Positions 26,121 to 37,520 of a stretch of DNA of 64,000 nucleotides are shown here, piece after piece. Source of the DNA: Candidatus Poribacteria bacterium. GTDB taxonomy: Bacteria; Poribacteria; WGA-4E; WGA-3G. A program made the translations under genes and the position numbers. Below the pieces are notes generated by a model that saw only the letters and a program-made list of their open reading frames with translations, did no database searches and was not told the origin of the DNA. How positions within the stretch are numbered: the first letter of the stretch is position 1; the number at the start of each line of letters is the position of its first letter. The DNA lies in NCBI GenBank assembly GCA_022823085.1, contig JAJDXV010000070.1:4679-68678 (forward strand), in the 5' to 3' direction.

Positions 26121-26813
26121 ATGCAGGCACTTCGTCAAATTGGCACACTGGTTCGCAAGGACCTCGAACTTCAATTCCGTTCAAAAGAGACGCTGGTTCT
26201 CATTTTCGTTTTCAGTGTGTTGGTTGTCCTCATTTTTGCTTTTGCGTTTGGTCCGATTTTTCCGGAGAGAGCGGAACGCGGCAAATTGGCTGCGAGTGTG
26301 CTCTGGACGGCATTTGTTTTTGCAGGAATTATCATCTTGAATCGTTCATTCGTCGTGGAACGTTCCGATAGTGCTTTGCACGGCATTCGGCTGACCGGTG
26401 TTGACGCGAGTAATCTCTATCTTTCTAAAGTTGTTAGCAATGTTGTGTCCCTATTTCTGTTGGAAATTGTTATTACGCCCATTGCGCTTCAATTTTTGGA
26501 TCTGCTTAATGTGGTGCCGGTGGGTGTATTACTGAAACTGCTCGGCGTACTAAGTATCGGTACGCTTGGATTTTGTGCTGTCGGTGTGTTGTTGGCTGGG
26601 ATGTCTACAAGCACAAGCGGCGGCGAAAGCCTGCTCTCCGTTGTTCTACTTCCCGTTGTCGTTCCAATTATTATTGGTGGTGCGAAATGCACCGTTTCGC
26701 TTTTGGTGACGGGGGTAGTGGATAACTGGTTTTGGCTGAATTTGCTTATCGGATGTAGTTTAGTTTTTTTTGCATCCGCGTATTTACTTGCGGGTGTGGT
26801 TATTGAAGAATAG
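26121..26813 (+). CDS. ccmB: CcmB-like heme exporter permease
   Basis: 230 aa with six hydrophobic segments. LVRKDLELQFRSKE opening typical of CcmB. Confidence 0.65.
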   Translation: MQALRQIGTLVRKDLELQFRSKETLVLIFVFSVLVVLIFAFAFGPIFPERAERGKLAASVLWTAFVFAGIIILNRSFVVERSDSALHGIRLTGVDASNLYLSKVVSNVVSLFLLEIVITPIALQFLDLLNVVPVGVLLKLLGVLSIGTLGFCAVGVLLAGMSTSTSGGESLLSVVLLPVVVPIIIGGAKCTVSLLVTGVVDNWFWLNLLIGCSLVFFASAYLLAGVVIEE

Positions 26814-26907
26814 CGTGTCAGTTATCAGTCGTTAGTTGTCAGTTAAGAGCGGTCTGATTGTGTTAGACGCAGTGAAATTTAGACCCTGAAACCAACTTTA
26901 CCTTCAC

Positions 26908-28348
<1,441 letters not shown>

Positions 28349-28413
28349 GTTAGAACATTTGTATAGGACAGTCGCTGTGTTGTCCGAAACCCCGCTTTTC
28401 AGAGGTATATTTT

Positions 28414-28701
28414 ATGCGTGTTTTTCGCCCTATCCTATTCCTGATTGCGCTCGGTTTACTTTTGGTGAGTGTCAGGCAATTCATGAAAGGTTACGACGAC
28501 TGGCAACAGGCGCAGCAGGCTGAGGATGCCTATCGTGGAGAGATACAGGAGTTGGAGGCTGAGCGCGATCGGCTTAAACAACGCGTCGAAATGCTGAAAA
28601 ATGACGAACTAACGAAGGAACGGCTTGCGAAGAAACGGCTCGGTTACGTTAGACCCGGTGAACGCAAGTTTAAGGTGGTTAAACCTGATACTGTTAGGTA
28701 A
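28414..28701 (+). CDS. ftsB: Septum formation initiator FtsB/DivIC family
   Basis: 95 aa. N-terminal TM, coiled coil, KKRLGYVRPGE. Conserved position downstream of eno. Confidence 0.75.
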   Translation: MRVFRPILFLIALGLLLVSVRQFMKGYDDWQQAQQAEDAYRGEIQELEAERDRLKQRVEMLKNDELTKERLAKKRLGYVRPGERKFKVVKPDTVR

Positions 28702-28933
28702 TTTATAATTGCGTTCAATTTTGTTTTACTTTTTTCTTTCTTCTGCTATAATGGTGGAGAATATGGCATAATATACGATGGTTTCTGTTATGCCGAGGCT
28801 ATTCACCTATTAAATCTTTATTATTGCTGAACACAAGTTTTGACTAACAATCTATGTAAACAGGCAATGATGTCTGTTATATTGATGATACCGACCTATT
28901 ACGCAATGTTCAAAGTAAGGGAGGGAAAACAGA

Positions 28934-29380
28934 ATGTTCAGAAGAAGGAAAACAGCAATGATTCCGACAATTAGTTCCGGAGTTGCAGGCCCGCTTGGGG
29001 TGTTGCATCTTCCACGATTCTGGTCGAAAGTGCTGATGGATGCTAAAGGTGTACTCCATGCAGATTATCCGGCATGCGGTGCAGGCTTCGATCAGATGGT
29101 ATTGGATGGACTCGGACTGGATAAGGACGCTACGCTGGCATACATTGGCGACGATTTGCCGACTTATCCACAGTTTGAAGCGTGGGTTTCGGAAAACGGG
29201 AGTTTTGACCAAGCGGCAGTCGATGAATTGAACGCTGCAATCACAGGTTACAATCACGACGACGATACCCGCGGAGGTATCCTGGGTGCCAGTGGTATTG
29301 AGGACGACGGCTCTATCTTGGACGCAGTTAATCTTAACAATCTTGATGACTGGTATGAATTGCACGCCAATTTAGATTAA
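28934..29380 (+). CDS. Hypothetical protein (possibly DUF5069-like)
   Basis: 148 aa. GPLGVLHLPRFWSKVLMDAKG segment. Followed by an intrinsic terminator. Function unknown. Confidence 0.5.
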   Translation: MFRRRKTAMIPTISSGVAGPLGVLHLPRFWSKVLMDAKGVLHADYPACGAGFDQMVLDGLGLDKDATLAYIGDDLPTYPQFEAWVSENGSFDQAAVDELNAAITGYNHDDDTRGGILGASGIEDDGSILDAVNLNNLDDWYELHANLD

Positions 29381-29416
29381 ATAGGACTTACGCAATTCTA
29401 TAGGTATTTGATGTGT

Positions 29417-29449
29417 CAGGCGGGGTTGCAAACCCCGCCTGCATTTTTT
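29417..29449 (+). terminator. Rho-independent terminator
   Basis: CAGGCGGGGTT-gca-AACCCCGCCTG (11-bp stem) followed by caTTTTTT. Preceded at 29383-29397 by a solo AGGACTTACGCAATT terminus of the 119-nt family. Confidence 0.7.
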
Positions 29450-29483
29450 ACGGATTACGGTAATTTCTTCGGTTTTCCCAATA

Positions 29484-30542
29484 CTACTGACCCGCTTCTG
29501 TTGTTAATTCAATCGCGCGACCTGTTTCGGAGGATTTAAGTCCTGCGAGTAGGATTTCTGTGGCGTGCCGCGCCGTATATACGTTAGAGAGCGGTGGTTG
29601 TGTTCCTGCCCGGATATGCTCGGCGAAGTGTGCGTGCATTCCGCTCGGTGCAGCATCTGAGCAGTCGATTGTTTTCACATCAACAGGTGCGTGTTCACGT
29701 GTGTAAGATGTAGGAGTCCATTGGCTGAGTGTTGCGCCATCTTTTCCGGGCATTGTGAATTTGCCTGCTGTTCCGTGGACGCTTGCTTCACCTGTGCGTG
29801 CTGGGTCACACCAACTTGTCTCTGCGGTGACAATTCCGCCTGATTGCATCTCAAGTACAAGTGTGGCGACATCTTCTAATTCTGTGGGTTTATCGAAAGT
29901 CGAAACGAAACCGGTCACGCGTTTGAAGGTGCCGAGCATTGCGACGAGGCCGGAGACGGCGTAAACGCCCATATCGAAAAGTGCGCCGACGCTTGCCTGT
30001 TTGGCATCGAAGAACCAGAGGTCGTCTCCTGTTTCGCCGAATATGTCTCGGATCTCGGCGTAATAGATTTCTGGGCCGCCGTGGCTGCTCCGCATCCTTG
30101 CGCCGGACACGCGTCCGATTGCCTCTTCCGCGATGAGTTGGCGGATTTTATAGATAGCGGCGTTGAAGTGTGGGAGGCACATGACTGTTTTACCACTCGC
30201 TTCGGCTGCTGCGACGAATTGGTTGGCTTCGTTCATATCGCCACAGAGCGGTTTCTGCATGAGGACGTGCTTACCGGCTTCGAGTGCTTTGACACCCCAC
30301 GAGACATGCAGCGGGTGTGGTGTGCCGACGAGGATGGCGTCCAATGTGTCGTCAGCGATGATGGCATCGTAATCTTGTGTCCAGCGGGGTATATCGAATT
30401 CTTGGCACTGGTGTTTGAGGCGGTGTTCGCGTCTGCCGCTGATGACACTGACTTCAAAGTCGGTGCCTTTTGTGAGGTCGGGGAGGTGTAATCGGCAGAC
30501 GATGCCGCCTGCGCCGATAACACCAAGTTTAAATTTCTGCAT
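29484..30542 (-). CDS. Gfo/Idh/MocA-family oxidoreductase
   Basis: ORF trimmed to MQKFKLGVIGAGGI (ATG 30540-30542). VLMQKPLC (EKP-like motif). Confidence 0.8.
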   Translation of the reverse strand: MQKFKLGVIGAGGIVCRLHLPDLTKGTDFEVSVISGRREHRLKHQCQEFDIPRWTQDYDAIIADDTLDAILVGTPHPLHVSWGVKALEAGKHVLMQKPLCGDMNEANQFVAAAEASGKTVMCLPHFNAAIYKIRQLIAEEAIGRVSGARMRSSHGGPEIYYAEIRDIFGETGDDLWFFDAKQASVGALFDMGVYAVSGLVAMLGTFKRVTGFVSTFDKPTELEDVATLVLEMQSGGIVTAETSWCDPARTGEASVHGTAGKFTMPGKDGATLSQWTPTSYTREHAPVDVKTIDCSDAAPSGMHAHFAEHIRAGTQPPLSNVYTARHATEILLAGLKSSETGRAIELTTEAGQ

Positions 30543-30695
30543 ATTTTTAAATGTTCCTTGCGGTTCGGTTAGGATCAATGATTCATAAAGTTGGTTTCCG
30601 TATATCCGTCCTCCATTTCATTACGGACTACGTTTTTTGAAGGGTTAGGAGTTCAAAAATGGGTAGTCCGCATGGGAGACCTATTTTTGTGAAAG

Positions 30696-30878
30696 TCAGG
30701 AACGGAGCGGTGGTAAACGTTTCAAGAAAACATTGCGATAGGCAACAGGGCCGTGGTCACCCTGCAAGAGCAGTGGGCCGGTGGTGGCTTCGTCTTCAAA
30801 CATTGCGCCGCGTGCGAGCCAACCGTCCATATTTTTCCCGTTGAAGAGGTTTTTTCTACTTTCGGATTGAGACATCAA
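30696..30878 (-). pseudogene. Internally collapsed DUF1080 (3-keto-disaccharide hydrolase-like) remnant
   Basis: The 60-aa ORF joins the N-terminal motif LFNGKNMDGW directly to the C-terminal motif GPLLLQGDHGPVAYRNVFLKRL. The roughly 130-150 aa normally between them are missing. Confidence 0.5.
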
Positions 30879-30949
30879 AATCCCTCCATTTTTTTTCGAT
30901 TGTGTGAAATGTTAAAAGCACAGTCTACAGTTTCCTTGACTAAAAAGTG

Positions 30950-30978
30950 TTGACATATTTCGTCGAATCGGTTATGAT
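30950..30978 (+). promoter_or_regulatory. Sigma70-like promoter upstream of the multiheme cytochrome gene
   Basis: TTGACA (30950-30955), 17 nt, TATGAT (30973-30978). Confidence 0.55.
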
Positions 30979-31057
30979 ATTTACCATCAAGGGTTATCAG
31001 GCAAGCGACATAACCGTAGCGAACGAAACAGAAATTGTGTAAGGATAATAGACACTT

Positions 31058-31963
31058 ATGAAACAGGTTTTCTTATTTTTAGGCCTATCCGTCCTGATGG
31101 GTACGATTGTGCTCTTCACGCTTTGTAGTTACGACAGAGTTGCGGTACTTCACGCGGCACCTGTAGAGGCTGAAACATCTGGCACGAAAACGCCGTTTGC
31201 TGAGGGCTGCGATAAGTGCCACGGGAGCGAACCTGCTTACCAAGAATGGCAACACGCGGGACACTCACACGCGCTTGTTAACCTGATTGAGGGGCCTTAT
31301 GAGCTCCGCACTTCCTGTCTGAGTTGTCACTCTGGTGGCTATGAAGTCTTCAGCGAGCGCGTCTATCCGGGACATACTTATAACATAGAGACAGCGGTGA
31401 ATGCTGTTTCTTGTTCTTCGTGCCATTCGCACACGAGCAGAACGGAACATTTGTTGGTGCAACCTGCCAAGAAATTGTGTGTCAGCTGCCATAAAATGGA
31501 CTGCGGTTGTGCGGGTGCTGGTATTGTTCACCAATCGCAGTCCGAGATGTTCCTTGGACGCGAGGGTGCCGGCGTTAAACGGAGGCCGTCGCCCCATGTG
31601 CGTGTGATGAAGAAGCGTTGTGTGCAATGCCACATGGCAAAAGAGGATCCTGAGACGGTGGCGAAACACGGTGGTCATACGTTTATCGCCGATATGTCGG
31701 TATGCAGTACTGCGGGTTGTCACGATAGTGCGGATAACAGTATGGAGACGAAGTTGCCGCAGTATCGTGCTGAGATAGAAGCGAAGATGAAGGCGGTCAA
31801 GGCGATGCTTGATGCTGCGCCTGACAAAACTTCGCAAGACTATCTCGACGCGAAGTTAAACTACGACATGGTTAAAGGCGATAGCGGTTATGGCCTCCAC
31901 AATATGCCGTACGCGAATGCACTGCTCGATTATAGTCTATCCCTGAAAAGCAAGCTTGAATAG
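31058..31963 (+). CDS. Secreted multiheme c-type cytochrome (five CxxCH plus one CxxxxCH)
   Basis: 301 aa with a signal peptide. CDKCH, CLSCH, CSSCH, CVSCH, CVQCH and CSTAGCH. Confidence 0.8.
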   Translation: MKQVFLFLGLSVLMGTIVLFTLCSYDRVAVLHAAPVEAETSGTKTPFAEGCDKCHGSEPAYQEWQHAGHSHALVNLIEGPYELRTSCLSCHSGGYEVFSERVYPGHTYNIETAVNAVSCSSCHSHTSRTEHLLVQPAKKLCVSCHKMDCGCAGAGIVHQSQSEMFLGREGAGVKRRPSPHVRVMKKRCVQCHMAKEDPETVAKHGGHTFIADMSVCSTAGCHDSADNSMETKLPQYRAEIEAKMKAVKAMLDAAPDKTSQDYLDAKLNYDMVKGDSGYGLHNMPYANALLDYSLSLKSKLE

Positions 31964-32002
31964 TGCGTGGCGTACAATTTCGCTGTAGATATTGTCGATT
32001 TG

Positions 32003-32839
32003 TTACGCCTCCGAACCGAGTTCAGCGCGCAGCGGTACATCTTGGTCTTTCGGTATATAATAACTCAACGGATCGCTAACGACTCCGATTAATTGTTTTT
32101 GAATCGGGTTGCATTTTGCAACCAGTTCGTCAGGCATCGTGATATAGTCCATCGGTTTGACCCAACGATAGGCGTAGCCCATAAAGATTGTTTTTCGGGG
32201 TATGCTGGACCAGTTGTGTCCGATCCCGTGCCAAGTGCGTTGTTCAAAGAGGAATGCGTCTCCTGCGTTGATATTCATAGAGATTGCCCCGCGTGCGCGT
32301 CCGGTTTCGGGATCGACTGCCGGTCTGCCTTCTAATCGGTTGCTTCCGGGGACCAGAACTGTCGCACCGGAGGCGGGGTCAGATTGGTCGCTGATGGCGT
32401 AAGCTATCTTGAGCATGATACGCGGATGCGGTTCCTGCATTTCTCGGTACGAGCTGCCGCCGTCTCGATGTAGACCGATGCGGTTCTTGACTTCATCCGG
32501 CGGTTCTTCTTTTGGTGGTAACACTATCAAGTGCGATGTAATCATCTGGACGTTCCAATTCAGTACGCCGTAGGCGAGTGGTACCGTCTTCTGCCAATCA
32601 AGAAGTTGGAGAAATGCTTCGTGGTGTACGAGGCAGTTCCGTAGGTTCAGTTTACCATTTGCTTCAAGTCGTCCTGCGGCTTCCTCTTTCGCGTAGACTT
32701 CGTCAACAGCGGCATCGATTTCCGCGACGACATCGGGCGGTAAGGCGTTGTTAATTAAGAGATACCCGTTGTTTTCGACAAATTCTTTGTGCTGTGGTGT
32801 AAACACGGCTGCTTCGGCAGCATCGGTGATAGTATCCAT
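32003..32839 (-). CDS. Phytanoyl-CoA dioxygenase (PhyH) family Fe(II)/2OG oxygenase
   Basis: ORF trimmed to MDTITDAAE (AAAGGA RBS). HRDGG...WHGIGHN facial-triad context. Confidence 0.7.
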   Translation of the reverse strand: MDTITDAAEAAVFTPQHKEFVENNGYLLINNALPPDVVAEIDAAVDEVYAKEEAAGRLEANGKLNLRNCLVHHEAFLQLLDWQKTVPLAYGVLNWNVQMITSHLIVLPPKEEPPDEVKNRIGLHRDGGSSYREMQEPHPRIMLKIAYAISDQSDPASGATVLVPGSNRLEGRPAVDPETGRARGAISMNINAGDAFLFEQRTWHGIGHNWSSIPRKTIFMGYAYRWVKPMDYITMPDELVAKCNPIQKQLIGVVSDPLSYYIPKDQDVPLRAELGSEA

Positions 32840-33158
32840 AAGGTTTTTCCTTTTAGTGATATTGAGAGTTGCCACGATTTGTAGATCGGGATCCTAATCG
32901 TGCTATACATTATACAAGACATAGGGAAAAAATTTCAAAGCAATTTTATTTCCCTCTATGGCTATCTAAGGAACTCCGTCGTGAAGCGTTGGGAGCCGAT
33001 AGCCTTGAAATATTTAGACAGATGCTGCTGGAAGATGAAAATTAAAGCGATCGATAGCCAGCAATGCGCCGTTCTTCTCAAAAGTCCGCGGTGTCGTTAA
33101 AAATCGCCTGTTAAACACACGCCCATTTACGTGTCGTGAAGAGGAAGCACCACGCAAT

Positions 33159-35105
33159 TTGAATAGCCAATTGACTTCAGAACCTTATAGATTTAGAGAT
33201 TCTTCGGAAAACAACAGTCGAAGTACGCGATTTGGGGCATCGTGGCGCGCCATTTTACTCGGGACTGCTCTGATCGTTCCGAATATGTACTGGATTTTGG
33301 ACTCTGCCGGACAGGGCTACCCGACGACTATTTCCCTCTATTTTAACGTCATTTTCTGTGTTTTTGTGATCACCGGTGCTAATCTCGTATTGGTACGGAT
33401 GGTGCCTCGTGTTGCGCTGCAGCAAGGCGAGTTGTTGACGATTTACGTCATGTTAGCGATCGCTTCTTCATTGGCGGGACACGATGTGCTTCGCGTTTTG
33501 ATCCCGATGATACCTTATGCGTTCTGGTATGCAACGCCGGAAAATGACTGGGCAGATCTGTTTCATCGGTATATCCCGGATTGGATGGCTGTCAAGGATA
33601 GGACGTTTTTAACGGCGTATTATCGCGGCGAAACGACGCTCTACGAGTGGGAAACTGCACAGGGATGGCTGACGACGACTGTTGCTTGGGGCGGTTTCCT
33701 TTGTGCGATGGTATTCCTGATGGTGTGTATCAATAGTCTCGTCCGAAAGCAGTGGACAGAACATGAAAAACTGAGTTACCCGATTATCCAGTTACCGCTT
33801 GAATTGACAAGTGGTGGTAGAAGAAATTTATTAACGAACAAATTGATGTGGCTTGGGTTCGGGATTGCTGGCGCGATTGACATCCTTAACGGGCTCCATC
33901 ATCTGTATCCGACTGTTCCGAGTTTAGGCGGTAGACTCTATGATTTGCGTCCGTTTTTTACACAGAAACCGTGGAGTGCTGTGGGGTGGACTCCTGTTGC
34001 TGTTTTCCCCTTCGCGGTGGGTATGGCGTTTTTTATTCCGCTTGATCTGTCGTTTTCGTGTTGGTTTTTCTATCTTTTCTGGAAGGTAGAGCGAATTTTC
34101 GGCGATGCTCTGGGTGTGCGAGGTATGCCGAACTTCCCGTTCACGGATGAACAGTCTTTCGGCGCGTATCTCGGTCTGTTTGTTATTGCGATTGTGGCGA
34201 CGCGGAAACACCTTGCACAGGTTGGACGTAAGTTGTTCAGGAATGACCAAAGCGTTGACGATTCAGATGAGCCGATGTCCTATCGAGCGACGACCTTGGG
34301 CCTCATTGCAAGCCTTGTCTTTATCGTTGGGTTCTGTAAAGCTGGGGGTATGTCTATCTGGGTGGTTCTTGTGTTTTTCGGTATCTATTATGCGATCTCT
34401 ACTGCGGTGACTCGAATGCGAGCGGAACTCGGTTCGCCGGTGCATGACTTGCACTTTATTGGTCCTGATGAGATGATGCCTCGTATCTTTGGAACGCGAC
34501 TGCTGGGGCCGCACAACTTAACGATAATGGCGTATCTGTTCTTTTTTAATCGTGCGTATCGCGGGCATCCGATGCCGCACATCTTGGAGGGGTTTAAGTT
34601 AGCGGAACGGACGCGGATTTCGAATCGGCGGTTGCTGATTGCGATGTGCCTTGCGATTGTTATCGGGACATTTGCTTCGTTCTGGGCGTTCTATCATATT
34701 TCCTATATTGAAGGCGCACGCGATTGGTTCGCGGGGCGACCGTTCAATCGGCTTCAGAGTTGGTTGGCTTCGCCGAGGGCACCAGATGTGCCAGCGATTG
34801 TCGCGATGTGTATCGGTTTTGTTATCACCGGTTTCCTGATGATTATGCGGATGCGTCTTTTTTGGTGGCCCTTTCATCCGGCGGGGTTCGCTATCTCGAG
34901 CAGCTGGTCGATGAACGTGTTTTGGTTTTCGATCTTGGTGAGTTCCGTAATTAAGTGGATTATCCTTCGGCACGGTGGTGTGAGTGCACACCGAAAGCTT
35001 ATTCCCTTTTTCCTGGGGCTAATCTTAGGCGAATTTATCGTCGGTGGTATATGGAGTCTTATAGGTATCACAACGAATCAGCCGATGTACCGGTTCTTGT
35101 TTTAA
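33159..35105 (+). CDS. Large polytopic membrane protein, unknown function
   Basis: 648 aa, TTG start, at least 12 hydrophobic segments. No motif I can assign. Confidence 0.6.
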   Translation: MNSQLTSEPYRFRDSSENNSRSTRFGASWRAILLGTALIVPNMYWILDSAGQGYPTTISLYFNVIFCVFVITGANLVLVRMVPRVALQQGELLTIYVMLAIASSLAGHDVLRVLIPMIPYAFWYATPENDWADLFHRYIPDWMAVKDRTFLTAYYRGETTLYEWETAQGWLTTTVAWGGFLCAMVFLMVCINSLVRKQWTEHEKLSYPIIQLPLELTSGGRRNLLTNKLMWLGFGIAGAIDILNGLHHLYPTVPSLGGRLYDLRPFFTQKPWSAVGWTPVAVFPFAVGMAFFIPLDLSFSCWFFYLFWKVERIFGDALGVRGMPNFPFTDEQSFGAYLGLFVIAIVATRKHLAQVGRKLFRNDQSVDDSDEPMSYRATTLGLIASLVFIVGFCKAGGMSIWVVLVFFGIYYAISTAVTRMRAELGSPVHDLHFIGPDEMMPRIFGTRLLGPHNLTIMAYLFFFNRAYRGHPMPHILEGFKLAERTRISNRRLLIAMCLAIVIGTFASFWAFYHISYIEGARDWFAGRPFNRLQSWLASPRAPDVPAIVAMCIGFVITGFLMIMRMRLFWWPFHPAGFAISSSWSMNVFWFSILVSSVIKWIILRHGGVSAHRKLIPFFLGLILGEFIVGGIWSLIGITTNQPMYRFLF

Positions 35106-35141
35106 GGTGCGTTTCTTCTGGTTTGGATTCAGATGTCGTTC

Positions 35142-35170
35142 TTGAAATATCTGTGAATATTTGCTATAAT
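35142..35170 (+). promoter_or_regulatory. Sigma70-like promoter upstream of trpD
   Basis: TTGAAA (35142-35147), 17 nt, TATAAT (35165-35170). GGAGGAG RBS before the GTG start. Confidence 0.55.
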
Positions 35171-35206
35171 TGTTGTAAGCATTATAATTTTTAGGAGGAG
35201 TACAGC

Positions 35207-36250
35207 GTGATTCGTGAAGCAATTGAGAAGGTTGTGGCAGGAGATAACCTCACCGAAACAGAGATGGTTGGAACGATGAACGAGATCATGGAGGGTGAGA
35301 CGACAGACGCACAGATCGCCTGTTTTTTGACTGCGCTGCGGCTGAAAGGAGAAACAATAGAAGAGCTGACAGGTGCAACGCGTGCGATGCGCGCCAAATC
35401 TACGCCTGTTCCCACACGTTATGAACCTGACTCACAAGGGACATCGAAAGTCCCACGACTTGTGGATACATGTAGCACAGGCGGTACCGGTTTAAACCAT
35501 TTCAATATTTCGACGACTTCGGCTATCGTTACTGCTGGCGCGGGTGTGCCGGTGGCGAAGCATGGAAACCGAGGTGTAACCCGACAAAGTGGGAGCGCGA
35601 ATGTCCTGATGGCGTTGGGCGTGAACATAGAAATCGGTCCTGAACACGTCGGACGCTGCGTTGATGAGGTCGGCATCGGTTTTCTGTTCGCGCCAGCGCT
35701 GCACGGTGCGATGAAATATGCTATTGGACCGCGGCGAGAAATCGGGATTCGCACGATTTTCAATGCTATAGCACCGTTGACCAACCCCGCCGGGCCGCAA
35801 GCACAAGTAATTGGGGTCTATGCGCCAGAACTGACTGAAGCGCACGCAAATGCTCTCAAAAATCTTGGGTGTCATCACGCGTTTATTGTGCGTGGGGATG
35901 ACGGCTTAGACGATATTACGACGACGACAACGACGCGTGTCTCGGAACTCCGAAACGGTGTCGTTGAAACGTATACACTTGATCCGACGACGCTCGGGAT
36001 TCCGAAAGCGAAGCCTGAAGCCCTCCTTGGCAGCACGCCGGAGAAGAATGCTGAGATCATTGTCGATATACTGAAAGGCGAGGGGGGTCCGAAGCGCGAT
36101 ATTGTTGTGCTAAACGCCGGTGCTGCGATTGTTGCAAGCGGGAAAGCGGATAGCCTTGCGGCAGGTATTGAACTTGCGGCGGCATCTATTGATTCTGGCG
36201 CGGCCCTCGAAAAGTTAGAAGGACTCAAGAGAGTCTCAAATAATTTTTAA
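35207..36250 (+). CDS. trpD: Anthranilate phosphoribosyltransferase
   Basis: 347 aa, GTG start. VDTCSTGGTG, NISTTSAIV, KHGNRGVT. Confidence 0.9.
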   Translation: MIREAIEKVVAGDNLTETEMVGTMNEIMEGETTDAQIACFLTALRLKGETIEELTGATRAMRAKSTPVPTRYEPDSQGTSKVPRLVDTCSTGGTGLNHFNISTTSAIVTAGAGVPVAKHGNRGVTRQSGSANVLMALGVNIEIGPEHVGRCVDEVGIGFLFAPALHGAMKYAIGPRREIGIRTIFNAIAPLTNPAGPQAQVIGVYAPELTEAHANALKNLGCHHAFIVRGDDGLDDITTTTTTRVSELRNGVVETYTLDPTTLGIPKAKPEALLGSTPEKNAEIIVDILKGEGGPKRDIVVLNAGAAIVASGKADSLAAGIELAAASIDSGAALEKLEGLKRVSNNF

Positions 36251-36289
36251 TTATTCGCAAGGCGTTAAGTAAAGCGATTTGTTTAATAC

Positions 36290-36409
36290 AGGACTTACGC
36301 AATTTTTGACTGTAGGCGGTTGTGTTAGATGAAAGTTTTCTGGGAACACGACGTTTTTGCGTCACAAACTAACAGTTTGTGGTACAAAAGAGCGTCATGC
36401 GTAAGTCCT
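36290..36409 (+). repeat. 120-nt TIR-bounded intergenic element, copy B
   Basis: Same termini as copy A, about 10 differences from copy D. Lies between trpD and trpC. Confidence 0.85.
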
Positions 36410-36435
36410 ATAATAGATGTTTCTGCTTCAGATCC

Positions 36436-36456
36436 GCTTGCGCCGTTGTTGCAAGC
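36436..36456 (+). repeat. Intergenic hairpin GCTTGC-gccgttgtt-GCAAGC (copy 2)
   Basis: Homologous to 6230-6250 with a compensatory stem change. Followed at 36547-36558 by CCGCAAGGTAAA, a 12-mer that also precedes the moxR TTG start. Confidence 0.6.
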
Positions 36457-36566
36457 TGCCGTTTTGTCGGGGCGCGGTCTCGCGTCCGTTAAAGTGTTCC
36501 TCGACTCGGACACGAAAATCTTCAAAGTACAAACCCGGTCGCTTGTCCGCAAGGTAAAATAAAAAA

Positions 36567-37343
36567 TTGATACTTGATACTATTATTGCACAGAAAAAGA
36601 AAGAGTTGGTGACTGACCAGACACAAGTCTCGCTTACGGAATTGGAGGCACAGGTTTCAAACCTTCCACCGACACGGGATTTTCGAGATGCCATTACAGG
36701 TCGCGATGCCGTCAAACTCATTGCGGAGGTAAAGAAAAAGTCGCCCAGTAAAGGCGTTATCCGCGAAGATTTTCATCCGGTGTCAATTGCCGAGACCTAC
36801 GTCGAAAATGGGGCGGCTGCTATCTCTATACTTACAGATAGACATTTTTTTGCGGGTGAACTCGCCTATCTACGCGCAATTCGGGATGCAGTTGATGTGC
36901 CGTTGTTAAGGAAAGATTTCACGATTGATCCGTATCATATCTATCAGGCGCGTATTGCGGGGGCGGATGCGATCTTACTGATTGTTGCGGCGTTGACAGC
37001 AGCACAGTTACGGACATTCATGGGTATTGCAGCATCGTTATCGTTGTCGTGTCTGGTGGAGGTGCATACACGTGAGGAGTTGGTTGTTGCGTTGGACGTG
37101 GATGCCCAGATTATCGGTATCAACAACCGGGACTTGCGGACGTTTCACACGGATATTGCGACAACGTTTGCGTTACGTGAAGCGATTCCAGCGGATAGAG
37201 TTGTGGTGAGCGAAAGCGGTATTTACTCACGTGAGGACGTGGTAAGGTTGCAAGAAGCCGGTGTTGATGCGATGCTTGTCGGTGAATCGTTGATGCGGAG
37301 TCCGGATATTGGCGAACAGGTTCGCCGCCTTTTAAATTATTAA
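36567..37343 (+). CDS. trpC: Indole-3-glycerol-phosphate synthase
   Basis: 258 aa, TTG start. IAEVKKKSPSKG, LRKDF, LVEVH, GINNRDL. Confidence 0.9.
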   Translation: MILDTIIAQKKKELVTDQTQVSLTELEAQVSNLPPTRDFRDAITGRDAVKLIAEVKKKSPSKGVIREDFHPVSIAETYVENGAAAISILTDRHFFAGELAYLRAIRDAVDVPLLRKDFTIDPYHIYQARIAGADAILLIVAALTAAQLRTFMGIAASLSLSCLVEVHTREELVVALDVDAQIIGINNRDLRTFHTDIATTFALREAIPADRVVVSESGIYSREDVVRLQEAGVDAMLVGESLMRSPDIGEQVRRLLNY

Positions 37344-37520
37344 ATCTGGGCACCGTTCCACTTCGTTTCACGGTGGTTTTCGATTATAGTAGATCCTGTA
37401 ATTCCTTATACACTTAGCATCGGTGCGGTTGGAATGCAGATCGCATTTGGGCGTGTACGCCGCAAAACCGCACCTACCGGGGGTTGGAAGTGTGTATTTA
37501 TTTTTGGAATTTACTATAAC

